Source: Pyrobaculum calidifontis JCM 11548
Lineage (GTDB): Archaea > Thermoproteota > Thermoprotei > Thermoproteales > Thermoproteaceae
NCBI RefSeq assembly: GCF_000015805.1
Contig: NC_009073.1
Span: 210,001-242,000 of the forward strand
Direction of reading: 5' to 3'
Length of the DNA stretch: 32,000 bases
Shown: positions 29,809 through 32,000 of the stretch, one piece after another
How positions within the stretch are numbered: position 1 is the stretch's first letter
How the letters are laid out: each line of letters begins with the position of its first letter
Position numbers and translations under genes: made by a program
Notes under the pieces: model-generated
Databases searched by the model: none
Told to the model about the DNA's origin: nothing
The model's input: the letters and a program-made list of their open reading frames with translations, nothing else

Positions 29809-29862
29809 GCGATGAGGACGACTTGCCCCCTATTGACCTGTGAGATCTATTCCGCGGTCTGA
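29809..29862 (+). ncRNA. Weak C/D box sRNA candidate abutting the aIF2-gamma stop codon on the opposite strand
   Basis: The plus strand reads GCGAUGA (C-like, 29809-29815; alternatively AUGAGGA at 29812-29818)...UUGA(D', 29833-29836)-CCU-GUGAGAU(C'-like)-CUAUUCCGCGGU(12 nt)-CUGA(D, 29859-29862). The C-to-D' spacing is 14-17 nt rather than 12, and there is no terminal stem. Confidence 0.35.
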
Positions 29863-29865
29863 GCC

Positions 29866-31092
29866 CTACTCTAGGGCCACCGTGCCGCCTCTGAGCACGC
29901 CGTAGTGAGTAACAATCCACCTAGTCTTTACCTGTCGAATGAGCACAGCCTTGGCTCCCTGCTCTGCGCATACAGCCTTCTTAAGGGCCACCGTGGCCAC
30001 GTCTTTTTTCACCGACTGCACCACGCCGAAGACCGTGGCGGGGCCGACGGCCACGAGCACAGTCTCGCCTTGCTTAATCGGCTCGGGCTTCTCGCCGCCC
30101 ATGCGGGGCATGGGCCTTGTCTCAATCTCCACGGCGGTCCACACGGGGGGCAGAGTGCCCGGCTTCCCAGCCACGGCGCCTGCCAACGCGTCGGCCTTGG
30201 TCAAGGCCGGGTCTAGGCCCGTCATTATCCCCACGAGGCCTCCCGGCCTCGCCTCCTCTACCTTGTGCCCGCTGTACTCAATGCTGAGGACCTTTGTGCG
30301 AATGGGCTGGTAGCCCTTCTCCAGCTTGAGGCCTGGCCTAATCTCAATCTCGTCGCCGACGCGGAGGACCCCCTGTAGCAGAGTGCCGCCTAGCACGCCT
30401 CCTCTGAGCTTCTCAGGCGGGGTGCCCGGGGGGTTGACGTTGAAGCTTCTGAGGACCGAGAACCTGGCGGGCTTCCCCGTCTCAGCCTCCCTCCTCGGTA
30501 TCTCCTTGGCGAGGTATGTGGCGAGGACGTCGATGTTCACCTTGTGGAGGGCCGAGATGGGCACCACCTTGGCCTTCTCGGCCCACGTCCCTCTGAGGAA
30601 CTCCCTTATCTGCTGATAGTTTTCAATGGCCTTCTCCCTCGTGACGAGGTCAATCTTGTTCTGCGCCACTACCATGTGCCGCACGCCGATTACGTCTAGC
30701 ACCGCGAAGTGCTCGGCCGTCTGGGGCTGGGGCACGGGCTGGGAGGCATCCACCACCATCACGGCGCCGTCCACCACCGCTGCGTCGGAGACCATGGTGG
30801 CCACTAGGACCTCGTGCCCCGGCACGTCGAGGAGGGATATCATTCTGACAAGCTTCGGCTCGTTGCCGTTGGGACACTTGCCGTCTTGGAGCAAGCCATC
30901 GCTGTAGTAGTACTCATCGCCGCAGTCGTATATGCCCACCTGGGCGTATCCGAGCTTTATCGTCATGGCCTTCTTGATCTCCTCGCTGTGCCTCATGACC
31001 CAGACTCCGGAGAGGGCGTAGGTGGTCTGCGTCTTGCCGTGGTCCACGTGGCCGGCGGTGGAGACAATGGCGTCGGGGTAGACGAAGGTCAT
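29866..31092 (-). CDS. eif2g: Translation initiation factor aIF2 gamma subunit
   Basis: GTPase motifs are GHVDHGKT, DVPGHEVL and QNKIDL. The domain II/III pattern matches aIF2-gamma over the full 408 aa. TATA gtatttaaagc lies about 24 nt upstream of ATG 31092. Confidence 0.95.
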   Translation of the reverse strand: MTFVYPDAIVSTAGHVDHGKTQTTYALSGVWVMRHSEEIKKAMTIKLGYAQVGIYDCGDEYYYSDGLLQDGKCPNGNEPKLVRMISLLDVPGHEVLVATMVSDAAVVDGAVMVVDASQPVPQPQTAEHFAVLDVIGVRHMVVAQNKIDLVTREKAIENYQQIREFLRGTWAEKAKVVPISALHKVNIDVLATYLAKEIPRREAETGKPARFSVLRSFNVNPPGTPPEKLRGGVLGGTLLQGVLRVGDEIEIRPGLKLEKGYQPIRTKVLSIEYSGHKVEEARPGGLVGIMTGLDPALTKADALAGAVAGKPGTLPPVWTAVEIETRPMPRMGGEKPEPIKQGETVLVAVGPATVFGVVQSVKKDVATVALKKAVCAEQGAKAVLIRQVKTRWIVTHYGVLRGGTVALE

Positions 31093-31159
31093 GACCCCCC
31101 TCTTACACCGCTTTAAATACTTATCTGGTTAATTTATATATAGGCGCGTTAGAGGAGAC

Positions 31160-32000
31160 GTGGCCGTCGTCCGGCTGGAGAAGTTGCGCAAAGTTTTTGA
31201 CAGAGTGGTGGCCCTGGACGACGTAGACCTCCAAGTGGGCGACGGCGAGATAGTGGCAGTCCTAGGCCCCTCCGGCTGCGGCAAGACGACGCTTCTCCGC
31301 CTGGTGGCCGGCCTCGACGAGCCCACCTCCGGCAGAATATACTTCGACGACAGAGACGTCACAGACCTCCCGCCGCAGAAGAGGGGGACCGCCCTGGTGC
31401 CTCAGACGTGGGCGCTGTGGCCCCACATGACAGTCTTTGAAAACGTGGCCTATGGGCTAAGGCTGAGGAAGCTGAGGCCAGAGGAGGTGGCGAAGAGGGT
31501 GAAGTCTGTGCTAGAGCTGGTGGGCCTCAGCGGGCTTGAGAAGAGGAAGCCCTTCCAGCTCTCCGGGGGGCAGCAGCAGAGGGTGGCGCTGGCGAGGGCC
31601 CTGGTGGTGCAGCCAGAGGTGCTCCTACTGGACGAGCCGCTGGCAAACCTCGACGCAAAGCTAAGGGTTGAGCTGAGGGAGGAGGTTAGGAAGATAGCCA
31701 AAAAGCTGTCTATAACCACGATATACGTCACACACGACCAAGAGGAGGCCATGGCGGTGGCCGACCGCGTCGCGGTGATGAACGCCGGCAGAATACTACA
31801 GGTGGGGAAGCCTGAGGAGGTTTACCACAGCCCTGCCCACTTCTTCGTCGCCACTTTTATAGGCCGCTCCAACGTCTTGAGAGGCCGCGTGGTCGAGAGG
31901 CGGGGAGAGGCCGCGGTAGTGGACGTGGGCTTCCCCCTGGCAGCCGTCGCAGTGGACAAGGCGGCCCCAGGCGAGGAGGTCCACGTAGTGTTTAGGCCCG
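31160..32000 (+). CDS. ABC transporter ATP-binding protein (MalK/PotA/CysA-like), 3'-truncated by the window end
   Basis: This open frame is not in the ORF track because no stop is reached. GTG 31160 gives VAVVRLEKLRKVFD.... Motifs are Walker A GPSGCGKTT, signature LSGGQQQRVALARA, Walker B LLLDEPLANLD and H-loop VTHD, followed by the start of a TOBE-like domain. TATA aatttatatatagg lies at 31131-31144. Confidence 0.9.
   Translation, partial: MAVVRLEKLRKVFDRVVALDDVDLQVGDGEIVAVLGPSGCGKTTLLRLVAGLDEPTSGRIYFDDRDVTDLPPQKRGTALVPQTWALWPHMTVFENVAYGLRLRKLRPEEVAKRVKSVLELVGLSGLEKRKPFQLSGGQQQRVALARALVVQPEVLLLDEPLANLDAKLRVELREEVRKIAKKLSITTIYVTHDQEEAMAVADRVAVMNAGRILQVGKPEEVYHSPAHFFVATFIGRSNVLRGRVVERRGEAAVVDVGFPLAAVAVDKAAPGEEVHVVFRP

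Noticed and set aside
1-32000. Window-wide look for tRNA, rRNA, CRISPR arrays, IS/transposase/integrase genes, toxin-antitoxin pairs and known defence genes
   Set aside because: I recognised none by eye. There is no T-arm (GTTCRAATC-type) context, no repeat-spacer array, and no transposase or integrase motifs. A manual scan cannot exclude intron-containing or split tRNAs, so tRNAscan/Infernal would be needed for certainty.

Overview
This is a 32-kb, gene-dense, high-GC archaeal chromosomal segment. The gene content includes aEF-2, aIF2-gamma, a Sec11-type signal peptidase, fused ThiDN, a QueF-like T-fold protein and PdxS/PdxT. There are many GTG starts, TATA-like boxes centred about 21-26 nt upstream of most start codons (leaderless mRNAs), and archaeal C/D box sRNAs. 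Together these point to a hyperthermophilic crenarchaeon of the Pyrobaculum/Thermoproteus type; the taxon is an inference. I call 36 protein-coding genes, two of them cut by the window edges. I also call four C/D-box-type sRNA candidates (one textbook, three weaker), one tandem hairpin repeat and a few promoter/operator-like elements. I recognised no rRNA, tRNA, CRISPR array, IS element or integrase. Most of the window is housekeeping: translation factors, PLP/thiamine/pyrimidine metabolism, four ABC ATPases with two ABC-2 permeases and one SBP-permease set, SOD, Nudix hydrolases and a GH13 enzyme. The main leads are as follows. (1) At 17352-18724, a cysteine-free 306-aa TGT-fold (DpdA-like or split-ArcTGT-like) base-exchange enzyme is followed by an expanded 7-Cys Trm112-like protein. 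(2) An SPFH/band-7 gene is translationally coupled to a membrane-tethered winged-helix protein, next to a strong palindromic operator and a COG1373 ATPase. (3) A ribbon-helix-helix protein is translationally coupled to the ATPase of a convergent SBP-permease pair. (4) C/D sRNA genes abut the 3' ends of the aEF-2 and aIF2-gamma genes on the opposite strand, and a k-turn RNA sits in a 430-nt ORF-free gap. (5) A compositionally mosaic Tat-signal secreted protein lies beside a tandem hairpin repeat. All functional calls rest on motif recognition by eye. No database search was run.
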